From NCBI GenBank assembly GCA_951406725.2, contig OX597815.1, forward strand, positions 10,602,001 to 10,666,000: DNA of 64,000 nucleotides. The letters run 5' to 3'. Positions 11,111 through 23,721 of this stretch are shown here, piece by piece (within the stretch, counting starts at the first letter, position 1; every line of letters starts with the position of its first letter). A program made the position numbers and the translations under genes. The notes beneath the pieces are model-generated. The model was given only the letters and a program-made list of their open reading frames with translations. It was not told where the DNA came from and did not search any database. This stretch comes from Octopus vulgaris. Taxonomy: Eukaryota.

Positions 11111-12384
11111 CAGGATAAGATAAGTGTAAATATTAACGTGAATAAAAGCCATCTAGCGTTGGACAGGTAAGCATCAGAAGGGGTTTACCAGGTAACACAA
11201 TGACATTCATTGTAGTAGTTTCTTTGTTCTGTTTCATCAATAACATATATATATTAATACTCAATACATTGTTTTCTACATCAAAGTAATCAACTTGAGA
11301 TCAATTAACAAACACGTTTTTATTGTTTCACATGATACATTTATCCTGTACAATAATATCATTGAATTTTAAACTGATTATTTTTATTTTTAAATGTTTC
11401 ATTTTAAAAACTTAACCATAGGAATATGGCTAATATATTCACCTCGCGATGGGGTGAGGTCGACGTAGTATATGTGTAGAATTCGTGGTTATTCGAGCTG
11501 CTAGTCAGTCCTACAGCGTTGGAAAAAGATAATGGCTTTCTCGACACATTATCCTGAAAAGAAAAGACGAAGTGGATACAGCTTAAACACCTTTGATCAT
11601 AGGTTTTCCTTAATCAGGAGCAACCTAAGGCTGGAAAACAAGATCAATCTGGCATGATATAGATAAAAAGGTAATCAGATAAATAGAAGAGAGAGAGAGA
11701 GAGAGACAGAGAGAGAAAGTATATCGATAGCTGGGATTGTGGAGGAGAAGAGCGGGAAAAATATTCGCTTTGGGAGTTGGAGAATGAGACTCATTAGGTA
11801 GAAACGAAGAGAAGAAATATAGGTATATAGGGTACATCAAAATTCAGGCGTATTTAGTTGTCAGAGGAAAGGATCGTGTTGTACTAGCAGCAGAAGTGGC
11901 AGAGAGGAAGTCAACAAACCAAGTGGGGTTGTCCTTTTATGTCATTGATTTACAATTGTTTCATCGAAAATCGATCTCACGATGATTGCTATATTATGCA
12001 ACAATATATGCAATCATTCTTACATGAGGTATGATAGACAGAAAATCGAAGATCGATTCTTCAGAATCATGCATAACAGTTATTTGCTGTAGACATTTCA
12101 AATAAGGATAATGTATATCCCTATCAAGTTGGGCGTCGTTAAATGGTTACATTTACAAGTTACAAACCAAATAAAACAAACCCTGGTTTAAGATGGCCGA
12201 TCAAGAGGAATGATGAATCGGAAACGAAACGAAATAATAAAAGCACAAAAAAGATTTTGTTTTTGTTTTTAGAAAACGTGTATAATAAATTATAGTCATG
12301 TCAGCAGTTTTTGTCTTAAAAGTACTTTGTAGTCTTTTTGTCTGACAGTTTATAGCAGTCACTCCTAAATTGGCACCATAGGGG

Positions 12385-12817
12385 TTACTCTTTTACTTTT
12401 TTACATGTTTCAGTCATTTGACTGTGGCCATGCTGGAGCATCGCTTTTAGTCGAGCAAATCGATCCCAGGACTTATTCTATCGATTTCTTTTTGCCGAAC
12501 TGCACGAGGAGAATATATTAGCCATATTCCTATGGCTAATTTTATAAAATGAAATATTTAAAAATAAACACACAAACATCGGTTTTCAAGCGATGTTGGG
12601 GGGAACAAACACAGACAAACAAACATACACACACACACACACATATATATATACATATATACGACAGGCTTCTTTCAGTTTCCGTCTACCAAATCCACTC
12701 ACAAGGCTTTGGTCGGTCCAAGGCTATAGTAGACACTTGCCCAAAGTACCACACAGTGGGACTGAACCCGGAACCATGTGGTTCATAAACAAGCTACTTA
12801 CCACACAGCCACTCCTA
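12385..12817 (-). mobile_element. SINE family A with 65-bp foreign insert
   Basis: Family A sequence interrupted at 12503-12569 by an inverted copy of 11382-11447. Confidence 0.85.
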
Positions 12818-12904
12818 ATGACAGTCACCACAGAATCCAGACCCACACACGGACCCACACGCACAGACCCAAGCAGACAAAGAAGAAAGATACTTCATTG
12901 ATAC

Positions 12905-14065
12905 TGTTACGAAACGGACTGGATCACCCGCCGTCGTCGCTCGCCCGAACGGCCCACACAAGTTCCGCCACGGAACCCAAAGAGGCGGAGAGAGGAGATA
13001 CAGATAGATACTGCCACAACCTCAACAGCACAGAGATACAGAGGCACAACCCGAGATACAACCCAAAGAGGCAAGGCAACAACTGGCAACACTGGCTTAT
13101 ATTCAAACAACAGTTTATACGACAATTACAATTGTTACAACATCAAGATACATCAAAGCATGCACGTAACTACTCAATTCATAATACAACAGCATTTCAA
13201 GAGTACAACTCAAAGCATAATACAACATCATGTAACAATTCAAGAGTACACGTCCCAAGACAACAGTTCTTTAAAGTCTCTTCCTAAACATCACAATCAA
13301 CAAGTCCTTTACTCTTCTTCTTCACAATGTCCTTTATCGACCACATCGACAGAGTCCTTGACTGTTCTTTTCACTGTTCAATACACCGTGACACATATCA
13401 ATGCACAAACACATACCTCAATTCCTAATTGAATCTGCCAGTGTCCCATTCCTCTCAATACTGCTAATTCCTCTGAATACTGCTAATTCCCTTCTGTGCC
13501 GCCAAGCTTTCTCGCATCCAACTTGCTCCTAAGAATTCCAACGCTTCCAAGATTCCATCTACTCGCTCTGACTTCCAGAATCCGACTGTCTTCTTCGAGG
13601 ACCGGCCAGCGACTGCAAGATCCGTCTGTGTTCCTCGACGACCGCTCAACGACTGCCAAGACCTCACTTCGTCTCTGTCCTTGCTTCCACTCCCTCATCT
13701 CCCTCTGTACCGCTCACACCCTCTCTAACTGCCCTGGTCCTTATACTCTATCTATATCCTCAATCTGTCCCTTACTGCTTATCCTTTCTATTTGCCCTCT
13801 GCTCTTACTCTATCGCTATCGCCTGCCAGACTCTTCCTCTCTATCTGTCCCTTTTCTCTTACACTCTATCTCTATTTGCTCTCAGCCCTTAATCTGTCTT
13901 CCTCTCTCACATTCTCCTGACCCTCTTCTCAGCCGCACGAGGTCACAGGTCATTCCAAAACCCATTAGTCCTCCATTAGACAAAAGACTGTCACATTTCG
14001 CCCAGACATGCCGGAACCATAATTCCAATGTGGGTCACCAGAAATGCACCTAGCCAACCGTAACA
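12905..14065. mobile_element. Solo LTR (Gypsy-like), 1161 bp
   Basis: Termini TGTTACG...CGTAACA, 4-bp TSD ATAC (12901-12904, 14066-14069), no RT or integrase inside. Confidence 0.85.
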
Positions 14066-14446
14066 ATACTTTAAAAAAATCAATTGAAAATTAAGCCTTA
14101 ACAGACACAGGTCTAAACGATTTGACGCTATTTTTGCTTATATGGAAAAACAAAATGTTATACGCATTTGTGTGTTTGTTGTTGGTTTGTGTGCGTGCAT
14201 TTATAATTCTCCCTCACTTTACACGACACCCGGTTTCCATGTTATCCCTTTAGCACCATTTTGGTCTTGGTTGGATCTTTGGGGTTTATGTTTTGAGACT
14301 TCACTAATAAAGGAAGGCAACATCGTTGCTTCCGTTTCGGTCTTCCATTTTCCTACTTCTTCGATATTGAATTAGCTCACACTTTAAATTAATACTTAAT
14401 TTAGAGCTTTTTTTTAAAAAGAAATTATTAAATATTTTGTTGCATA

Positions 14447-14860
14447 GGCGCAGGAGTAGCTGTGTGGTAAGTAGCTTGCTAACCAACCACATGGTTCCGG
14501 GTTCAGTCCCACTGCGTGGCACCTTGGGCAGGTGTCCTCTACTATAGCCTCGGGCCGACCAATGCCTTGTGAGTGGATTTGGTAGACGGAAACTGAAAGA
14601 AGCCCGTCGTATATATGTATATATATATGTGTATATGTGTGTGTTTGTGTGTCGGTGTTTGTCCCCCTAGCATTGCTTGACAACCGATGCTGGTGTGTTT
14701 ATGTCCCCGTCACTTAGCGGCTCGGCAAAAGAGACCGATAGAATAAGTACTGGGCTTACAAAGAATAAATCCTGGGGTCGATTTGCTCGACTAAAGGCGG
14801 TGCTCCAGCATGGCCACAGTCAAATGACTGAAACAAGTAAAAGAGTAAAAGAATAAGAGT
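14447..14860 (+). mobile_element. SINE family A
   Basis: Full-length head and tail. Confidence 0.92.
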
Positions 14861-14919
14861 ATATATTCCAGATTGAATAACAGAATTTCTAATTTCAAGA
14901 AAGGTTATTTATCTGCTAA

Positions 14920-15321
14920 TAAAAATTAATGATCTTAAGATTTTGGTGGTGGTCTTCGACTGACGATAATTTGTGATTCTTTAATTGTTTTTCTGAGATT
15001 TGATGAATTTTTTAAGATTGGGAGGTACTGTTTGGCCGAATATAAAATGTTATGGATTTTAGGATTATAGGTGACTACAGGAGTAAAATTTGTCTTTGTC
15101 CTCATTGTAAGGGTTTCTCTTAAGAGATCTCTTGTTTTAGTTATTGCTTGATTTAGTAAGCTCTTTAAGTATTTTTGGTTCTAACTGAATACTTTTAGTT
15201 TTATGAGTCATCTTTCTTGTCTGTTTCTATCCGTAAATATTGAATATCTACGTCTTGCCATATTAAACAGGATGTTCCTTTTAATAAGGGATAGGAAGTA
15301 AGATCTAGAGAAGTAATAATG
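14920..15321 (-). pseudogene. Penelope-like element ORF remnant (RT thumb/linker)
   Basis: One frame with two stops: IKRNILFNMARRRYSIFTDRNRQER*LIKLKVFS*NQKYLKSLLNQAITK...PVVTYNPKIHNILYSAKQYLPILKNS...IIVSRRPPPK; recalls the PLE motifs K.NIP...ARR, V.TYNP and I.S.R.P.NL. Confidence 0.75.
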
Positions 15322-15425
15322 CAGGAAAAATGCAAGGTGTAGCGTCGAGACTCAGTAAACACATTTGTGGATTTGTTAAAGGCATTTGACAGGGTAAGTA
15401 CTGTTCTCAGACAGTTTGGGTGTCC
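15320..15425 (+). mobile_element. Small LINE RT fragment (RTE-like)
   Basis: QEKC...TFVDLLKAFDRV motif. Confidence 0.55.
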
Positions 15426-15851
15426 GTCCTCATCCGTAATTACATTCCACCAATTCTTGAAAAAAGATAGTAGCTTACGGTTCGTGAACGCTTTTGTATA
15501 AAATTGTTAGGCGAGCTACATTCCAGGGCCTGGACTTCGCTTTTCTGTGGCCACAGTTTTACGTAGAAGGATCCTTCAGCTATAGTACCCGACAATTGTG
15601 GTATGTTTGCTAACACTACATTCTATTAACTCAGTAGCAGTTACAATATACAAAAATAAGCTTGATGTCTAATGACGCACTTCACCTCCCTTCTTCCCTA
15701 ATTTCTCAGAGCAGCAACTAGTCACGAACTCACAATTTACAACGTCTGCACTCAGGACGAAGGGTTTCTAAACTGCTCACACTGTTTACATATACATATC
15801 AGTCGCCATGATAGATCGGTAGCCACTTGTTTCTTGTTTCTTTCTGTGTTC

Positions 15852-15886
15852 CTTTCTGTAGAAGAGCGTAGGCTCGAAACGCAAAA
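15852..15886 (+). ncRNA. Degenerate minimal hammerhead motif
   Basis: CTTT-CTGTAGA-A-GAGC(GTAG)GCTC-GAAACG; core and cleavage site altered. Confidence 0.5.
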
Positions 15887-15978
15887 TACTTTTTCAATTC
15901 CTGAGCGTTATAGTAATACATCTGTTTGTTTTCTACACCACCAGTTTTCGTCTTTTGTTTTTTTCATGAATTCTCCCC

Positions 15979-16275
<297 letters not shown>

Positions 16276-16367
16276 CACCATGTGTACTTCGTAAACACCA
16301 GTCGTTTTTTTCTCCATCTCCTGTTGCCCGCTTTGGGATCTTTCTTTCCTCTCTCTTCCTTCTTTAT

Positions 16368-16402
16368 GTTTCCGACGAAGAGCTCCGCTCGAAACGTCAT
16401 AC
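16368..16402 (+). ncRNA. Minimal hammerhead motif (U4C core variant)
   Basis: GTTT-CCGACGA-A-GAGC(TCC)GCTC-GAA-ACGT-C-ATAC; GUC site, palindromic ACGT stem III; sister copy at 24233-24267. Confidence 0.65.
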
Positions 16403-16491
16403 CTTCCTGCTTCCATATTTCCTGAGCGCCTATTAATAATAATACTGTAATTGTTCCACTGTTGTTGTTTTTTTGTTTTCCCGTTTGGATT

Positions 16492-16565
<74 letters not shown>

Positions 16566-17213
16566 ATATATATCTTTTTGAAGACTCAGAAAGAAAGTAT
16601 TTCTAAACAAACATCTCACGTTCTTGTCTGTCGGGCAGTCTGCATTTTCAGTCTGCATTATGGCTGCGTGATGTGGAATGTATGGTCATCCTAGGATCAA
16701 AAAATGAAGGAGGGGTGGTCACTTGATGGAAAACCATAAGTAAGAGTATGAGTAAAATAGCAACAAAATCGACAACAGAGATTAGGAAGCAGTGTAAGAG
16801 AAGACTCTTACTGATGCAGATTACATCCATACGTACACATGAATTAGGTGCGTGTTACTTACATGCATTTGAGCATTTCGAATAAAGCCTTTTGTTAATG
16901 GAAATTTACAGTCTGTTAATTTGCTTTGTGCTAAATTGTTGCTAGATCCATATCATTTTTCATAGTCCTGGTCAGAAAGCACATACCTCGCAGGCTTACT
17001 CACTTCAGTTCAATCCACCCATCCCACTAATTCGCATGCAATTAAAAGGAATCAATATAAAACTAGTCAATAAACACGAATATTCCTCTATAGACACACA
17101 CGCACACACATTCTTTTAATACTTTCTGTTATTGAATTGTAGATGTAGAAATTTAAACGATTATATCGACCACTGTGTGTGTATGTGTTTGTTTGCGTGT
17201 GCATGTTTGTGTG

Positions 17214-17260
<47 letters not shown>

Positions 17261-17569
17261 GTGTACACATGTGAGTCAGATAGTGAGTCTGTGTATGTGT
17301 AAAAGTATATATATGTGAATAAATATTTGCGTTTCTATGTATGGTTGTATATTTATGTATGCATGTGTACCGCTATTTCAGAAACAGTGTAATGTTAATT
17401 TTCGTTTATCGGGTTTGTTACTTTTAGATTATTTTAGATGAGTTGGGAAACCGGTTGTTGTGCCTTTCAAGCATTTCCAAACAAGCTTAACCATCGAAGG
17501 AAAATTAATTATATTCTACCATAAAAGCAAATTTCAAACTCACAAACACATTTCTTGCACTACGAGATA

Positions 17570-17865
17570 CACGAATATAACAAGAAATAATAACTTTTTT
17601 TTTTTTTTGAAATGATGGATCTGGAAGTAAATAAAGCTCTAAATAACAGGGTGAAAATATTATGTTGAACACAGTTTTTATGGAAAAAGTAGGATACTCG
17701 TAGGATTCGAACCTACATTTTCTATAAACATGACAAGATTTCTACCATTGGTCTAAAGCAATCTGAATTTCTTTTTACATTTTTAGAAATTTTATTCTTA
17801 CCAGCTTTATTTGCTTCAAGATTCACCATTCCGAAAACAAAAGAAAATATTTCATATTCTCTCGA
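17570..17865. mobile_element. Foldback element enclosing a degenerate tRNA-like sequence
   Basis: Imperfect inverted arms (GATCTGGAAGTAAATAAAGCT / AGCTTTATTTGCTTCAAGATT) around 17695-17760, whose minus strand has TAGACCAATGGTAGA and a perfect T-arm GTAGG-TTCGAAT-CCTAC. Confidence 0.55.
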
Positions 17866-17901
17866 AGTTTAAACTTTTACCGTTATTATTTAATATGTGC
17901 T

Positions 17902-17950
<49 letters not shown>

Positions 17951-18333
17951 AATATATGGGATGTGTCAAAACGATCGTTGTGAGCAATAATTTACTCGTG
18001 TATTTCATTTCCATGTCTAACATTTGTTTATATATATATATGAAAGGGGTTTGTATGATCGTGTATAGAGGGATATATATTATTCAAAGACAGTTGAAAC
18101 ACTCTGTCACAACCTGGGACCTTGAAGATTGCTATAATGCAAGAAAGTATACTAGTCCCTTAATATTTTATATATTATATTCAATATTTCATCTATTTAA
18201 TAAGACAATCAATACTTCATTTCATTTTACTATATATATATTATTTATACTATATTGTCTATATTCTACATTAATATTATAAAGAATATAAATAAAACAT
18301 GAAAAACAGACAGAGTTGGAACTCCTTTGAATA

Positions 18334-18364
<31 letters not shown>

Positions 18365-19068
18365 TGTATGTATGTATGTATGTATGTATGTATGTATGTA
18401 TGTATGTATGTATGTATGTATATGACTTGGAACTTTAGGCTCGCAAGCATTTTCGAACTATTACCCTTGCTTTTGCAAAAGTTTGATAATTATGTAACAT
18501 GTACTTTGTTAAGAAGTACTGAGTAATTCTTTAGTTTAATGTTAAATTGTCTTTATTACAATTTGCCATAAAAACAAACATTAATACATAATTAAATACA
18601 TTCATACATACATACAAATGTATATTTATCACCCGACGAGATACGTCTGCACCACCGGATACTCCTGAACCAGTTGTTGAGTGTCCCACAAGAGGAATCG
18701 ATGCTAGATGTGTCGAAACATTTGTTGTGATGAATAATATATTCTCGTATATTCCATCTTCTGTCTTTCATTTGTTATTTACAAATATATATATATATAT
18801 ATATTTACGGTCAGAAGATAAATTCTAACGCTATCATGTTCTTAACAATCAAATCAACCTCTCTGTCTGTATATCTACCCTCTTTATAATGTTAGCAAAC
18901 GAAATGGAAATAAGCATATGTATTGTCCCTTTGATGGAAGACTTCTATAAATGGCTGAAGATTGCTTAACATTTTGAAACTGATGCAATACTTACAATGT
19001 TTAATAAAATGATGTAGCATGAAACGATCGTACCGAATTACCGAATATATACTTGCTGCTTATTTTGG

Positions 19069-19114
<46 letters not shown>

Positions 19115-19745
19115 TTGTGTGTGTGTAGGATTGTATGTGTCCTTCAATGTGTTTTCGTGTATTTCATTATTAGTCAGAAGGTTATGAGACCCTGAGTCTG
19201 TTGGCCTATAAATCTCATGGACATTAATAAATCCTCGAAAACGTGTTATATGAGAAATGTCACTGACGTTTGACTGATTTAATGAGTTTTTTTGTTTTAT
19301 TGTTATACTTAAGATATTGTGTAAAAAAACATACACGTAATGTCATTATATGAATTGTGTTGTTATTGTGAAAGTGATTTTCTTTAAGTCTTATTTATGA
19401 TGTTTCAATTAATGTGACATTTTCCAAACATTTCTCTTTGATATGTTTTTGACTTAATTTCCATTTAAAGAGCTACCGCATCAAAAAGCATGAGGCAACG
19501 AAGGGGTTATTGATTTATGTACTGGAAATAGCGGCGAAGTCTCCCTAAAATCACACCTGAAACCTTGAAATGGGACGAACACTTCTTATAGTATTCATGA
19601 CACCATGAGAAGGCATGTTGATTTTGGATGAATCCTTTTTGACCAGAGGTCTACTTAAAGGAGGGGCTAAACAACGTCATCAGAAGTAATTTTGCTAAAG
19701 ATGCAATAGGCCCATATGCAAACACAAACAAGCATAACCACATAC

Positions 19746-19819
<74 letters not shown>

Positions 19820-20476
19820 GTTAGACAGACTCTCAGATTAAGAAAACATTGAAAAATATTGAAAAATGCACGAAAATGTCTTGAAACTTTGTATGCAGGG
19901 AGCTTTAATAATCACTGCCCCGTGAGGGTGTGCGAGAGAGTGTGTGTGTGTTTATTTGTGTGTCTGTGTGTCATGCAGCTATAATATTGGCTAGAATCGC
20001 CAACTTGTGATTTGAAAGAGATTTGGAAGCCTTGTGTAGCAGGCAGGGCTATATGGTCGTATTCCACTCAAGGTGCATGCATAACTGCGTGGTTAAGAAG
20101 TTTTGCTTCACAACTACATGACTTCAATTTCAATCCCTTTGCACAGCACCTTGAGACAAGTGTCTTTTAACATAGCCCCCAGTTGACCTGCACCATTTGA
20201 GTGAAATTTAATAAATGGAAAGAAAGTGGAAAGTAGGGTTTTTGTCCTTGATTAGTAGACTAAATTCATCACCCAGTAATCAATATGATGTAAATATTTG
20301 ATAGGCCTCTAGTACGAGGATAACTTCCATCTTTCCCTCCAGCAGTGATGAAGGTTTTAAAAATTCATAGGAACATTATTTTTTTCTCCTCTGACTTAGT
20401 TATAAAAAATAGAATGAAAAAAGGTAGAATGGCATATTTTCTGTCTCGTGTGTTTGTTTTATATAACATCTCTAAA

Positions 20477-20695
20477 GGTGGCGAGCAGGCGGAATCGTTA
20501 GCACACCGGGAAAAGTGTTTAGCGACAATTCGTCCGTCTTTACGTTCTGAGTTGTTCAACTTCTGCCGTGGTCGACTTTGCTTTTCATCTTTTGAATGTC
20601 AATAAAATAAATACCAGTTGACCACAGGGGTCTATGTAATCGACTTAGCTTCTACCCCCAAATTCCTAACGTTTTACCGAAATTTGAAACCATTA
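20477..20695 (+). mobile_element. Diverged SINE, family B-related
   Basis: GGTGGCGAGCAGGCGGAATCGTTAGCAC...GTCGACTTTGCTTTTCATC. Confidence 0.75.
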
Positions 20696-20897
20696 TATAA
20701 CTTTTAATTATATTTAGTATATATAAATATAGTATATCTAATCTTACTTTCCTTCTGTCTCTACTTACCTGGCTGCCGGTCTATTTGTCTGTCTGTTTCT
20801 TTCTCCCCCCTCTCTCTCTCTTGATATATATATATATATATCTATATATATATATATATATATCACGAAATGTTAGCGCCAAGCAGTGTTTAGGCAG

Positions 20898-21248
20898 AAG
20901 CAAAATTAAGGGCAGTTGAAATATGTTTGTGATATAGTTCAACCTGTTAAAAAACAAAGATACTGAAGTTACCGCGAGAGAATATCTCTCTTATGGTAAA
21001 AGGTACGAAAACACCCGGTTTGTTCAGTGTCGCCATCTAGCAGGAATCTCAGACATCGATGTTTCGAGTTTATTGACTCTTGTCAGTGAGATGTAGCTAA
21101 GAGAGGCAACTCTGAACAGACTAGAGCAAACTGGGTGTTTTCACACCTTTTACCATACGAGATATATTTTCTCCATGGTAACTGCAGTGTTTTTGACTTT
21201 TAGCAGCTGAAGTATGTCAGAAACATATTTTAACTAACCTGAATTTTG

Positions 21249-21251
<3 letters not shown>
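20898..21251. mobile_element. (TA)n-flanked foldback element with hammerhead in its loop
   Basis: About 130-bp imperfect inverted arms (AAGCAAAATT...AAAACACCCGGTTTG / CAAACTGGGTGTTTT...AATTTTGCTT). Confidence 0.8.
21046..21092 (-). ncRNA. Minimal type-I hammerhead ribozyme (G8A)
   Basis: ATCTCA-CTGACAA-GAGT(CAATAA)ACTC-GAA-ACATCGATGT-C-TGAGAT: perfect stems I and II, 10-nt palindromic stem III, GUC site; one core deviation. Confidence 0.8.
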
Positions 21252-21292
<41 letters not shown>

Positions 21293-21295
<3 letters not shown>

Positions 21296-21447
21296 GTCCG
21301 TATACTGTGAGCAAGGGAGTCTACTGCTCCTTTTCTAGCCGTAGAGATACCTGTAGACCAATGGTTTCTGGGTAATTTCCCTTCGTCGATGCAGGACAAT
21401 CACCGGCTAGAGATAGCCACTCGCTCTTGCTCACAGTATATACTTTT
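21293..21447. mobile_element. Second (TA)n-adjacent foldback with hammerhead in its loop
   Basis: TATACTGTGAGCAAG (21301-21315) / CTTGCTCACAGTATA (21426-21440) plus TCTAGCCG / CGGCTAGA. Confidence 0.75.
21350..21395 (-). ncRNA. Minimal type-I hammerhead motif, variant core
   Basis: CCTGCA-TCGACGA-AGGG(AAATTA)CCCA-GAA-ACCATTGGT-C-TACAGG; GUC site, near-palindromic stem III. Confidence 0.65.
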
Positions 21448-21553
21448 AAAACGACACACAGTCGCTGATCTCGAAAAGAGAAAAACAACTAGTTTTAAAT
21501 CTCTGAGCGACCAATATGTGGTAACAGTACTGCACAGTAATGTCTGTTTGCCA

Positions 21554-21598
<45 letters not shown>

Positions 21599-21794
21599 GA
21601 AGAGAGAGAGGAGAGAGAAAGGGAAGAGAGAGAAGGGAGAGAGAGATGTCACTAAAGTGACTACAGGTGCTAGTGAGCACCAGCATTACTAGAAGTAAGA
21701 GCCAGAAGAACTCTTTGCCACTGGAAAGCACTTATGTAATGGTCCGTGCCGTTTGGTTGTAAATTGAGAATAATCCACCTTAATAATAATAATA

Positions 21795-21854
<60 letters not shown>

Positions 21855-21928
21855 TAGATAGATACATTATACACACACACACATATATATATATAAATAG
21901 ATAGACAGATAGATGCATGTATACACAA

Positions 21929-21962
<34 letters not shown>

Positions 21963-22066
21963 TTACACACACACGCATATACATACCTAAATATGTATAG
22001 CATATCTATAAATTTCTTTACTTAATCTGTCCCTTCTCTCCCACATACACACACACATGCACACAT

Positions 22067-22109
<43 letters not shown>

Positions 22110-22439
22110 CTCTCTCTCTCCGTATATGTGCATGTGTGTATGTGTATGAGTGTGTGCATGTGTGTATGTGTATGAGTGTGTGTATGTGTTTATACCTGTC
22201 CCTCAATCTACATGACGCTTGGTTTCCATGATTTCACTTAGGCATAATATTGGTTCAGACGTAACATTTTCAGAAATTTGACTTCGTTTCCATCCCCGTT
22301 TTAAATTTCCTTTCATTTTACTTTCATTATACTACTCTACTAATGCGGTAGACTAAAATTAATGCATAAGTCATAATTATTTCATACTATTCTTTTAAAA
22401 AATATATATTTTCGATTTTGAATAAAAGAATTTCAAATG

Positions 22440-22700
22440 TCTACAAAATCGATATTTGCATGAAATCAACTTCAAAATGGAAACAGTTCAAGAGGAACTG
22501 TTAAAACAGTTTAATGAGAATGTAACAACTGTTAAAACAATGGAAAAGAAACAAAGGAAAACTATCAGAGCTACATATCACAGATCCAAATGTGGTGACA
22601 TTATGGAAACAATGGAAAAATTAGTACTTCTTTGTGTAGAAGATTAAACTGATCTTGTTAAAATCAATCCAACCACTTGAAGTATTTCAAATTTTCTTGA
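22440..22700 (+). pseudogene. Possible pogo/Tigger transposase N-terminal relic
   Basis: IMETMEKLVLLCVED resembles the CENP-B HTH entry motif MEKLL..WIED. Confidence 0.45.
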
Positions 22701-22796
22701 AGGCGATGCCCCAGCAAGGCTGCTGTTAAATGACTGAAAAAAAGAGAGAAAAAATACATATATGCATACATATATATATATATATATATATATACA

Positions 22797-23187
22797 CTAT
22801 GCAGTATAGGTGAGACAGTTGCTCGGGTTTGTGAAATAACTATATAAGCATTTTTAGAGAGTTATAGCCAAAAAATAGCAAAAAAATGCATTAAAAATGG
22901 AAAAAAAATTATGGTAAATTTTTTTTTAAATCGTTGACTCATCGTAGACATTTTTAGAGAGTTACTTCCCTTATATAATAGCGAAAAAATGCATTAAAAT
23001 GGAAAAAATGATGGTAAATTTTTTTAAAATCGTAGACTCATCGTAGACGCGCACTAATACCCAGAAGGGCTCGATATGAATCACGACTATAAGGTACCCG
23101 GTTTTGGTTAAACTGCACCGCAAAATGTGGGAGTAGTTAGGAATCTAAATCGTAGGAGACAGACACACAACCTCTCTTTAAAAAGGA

Positions 23188-23190
<3 letters not shown>
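22797..23190 (-). mobile_element. Non-autonomous Helitron, decayed ends
   Basis: Reverse complement of 23719-24115. Confidence 0.85.
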
Positions 23191-23222
<32 letters not shown>

Positions 23223-23225
<3 letters not shown>

Positions 23226-23347
23226 TTTATTTAAAAGCAGAAGAAATATAACAAAAGCTGTTACTCAGAGTTTCACGTTCCCGTTCGTCGGAACGTGAAA
23301 CTCTGAGTAACAGCTTTTGTATATTTCTGATGCTTTTGAATAAAGCA
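23223..23347. repeat. Perfect 31-bp hairpin with truncated hammerhead, between (TA)n tracts
   Basis: 23251-23281 / 23290-23320 perfect inverted repeat with 8-nt loop; minus strand CCGACGA-ACG(GGAA)CGT-GAA-ACTCTGAGT-A-ACAG. Confidence 0.85.
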
Positions 23348-23415
23348 TATTACTCCACCTCTGATATTTGAGTACTCTTTTTTTCCACCTTGTTTCACAT
23401 TTATGTGCTTACTCC

Positions 23416-23460
<45 letters not shown>

Positions 23461-23654
23461 TATATATATATGTTCATTATGTTAGTTTGTTTCGCCTGTG
23501 GGTGCACAGGTTCTTGAGACAAAATATGACACATTTACCCGAAGACTTTGTCAGATCCTGCGTTAAAGTAGCAGGAGAATAACTCCACTAAAATAAAAAT
23601 ATTAATCTCTACAATGGTATCCGATAGACAACTTTCATATATATATAATGTATA

Positions 23655-23718
<64 letters not shown>

Positions 23719-23721
<3 letters not shown>

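Noticed and set aside
13496-14053. 185-aa ORF
   Set aside because: Low-complexity pyrimidine-rich interior of the solo LTR.
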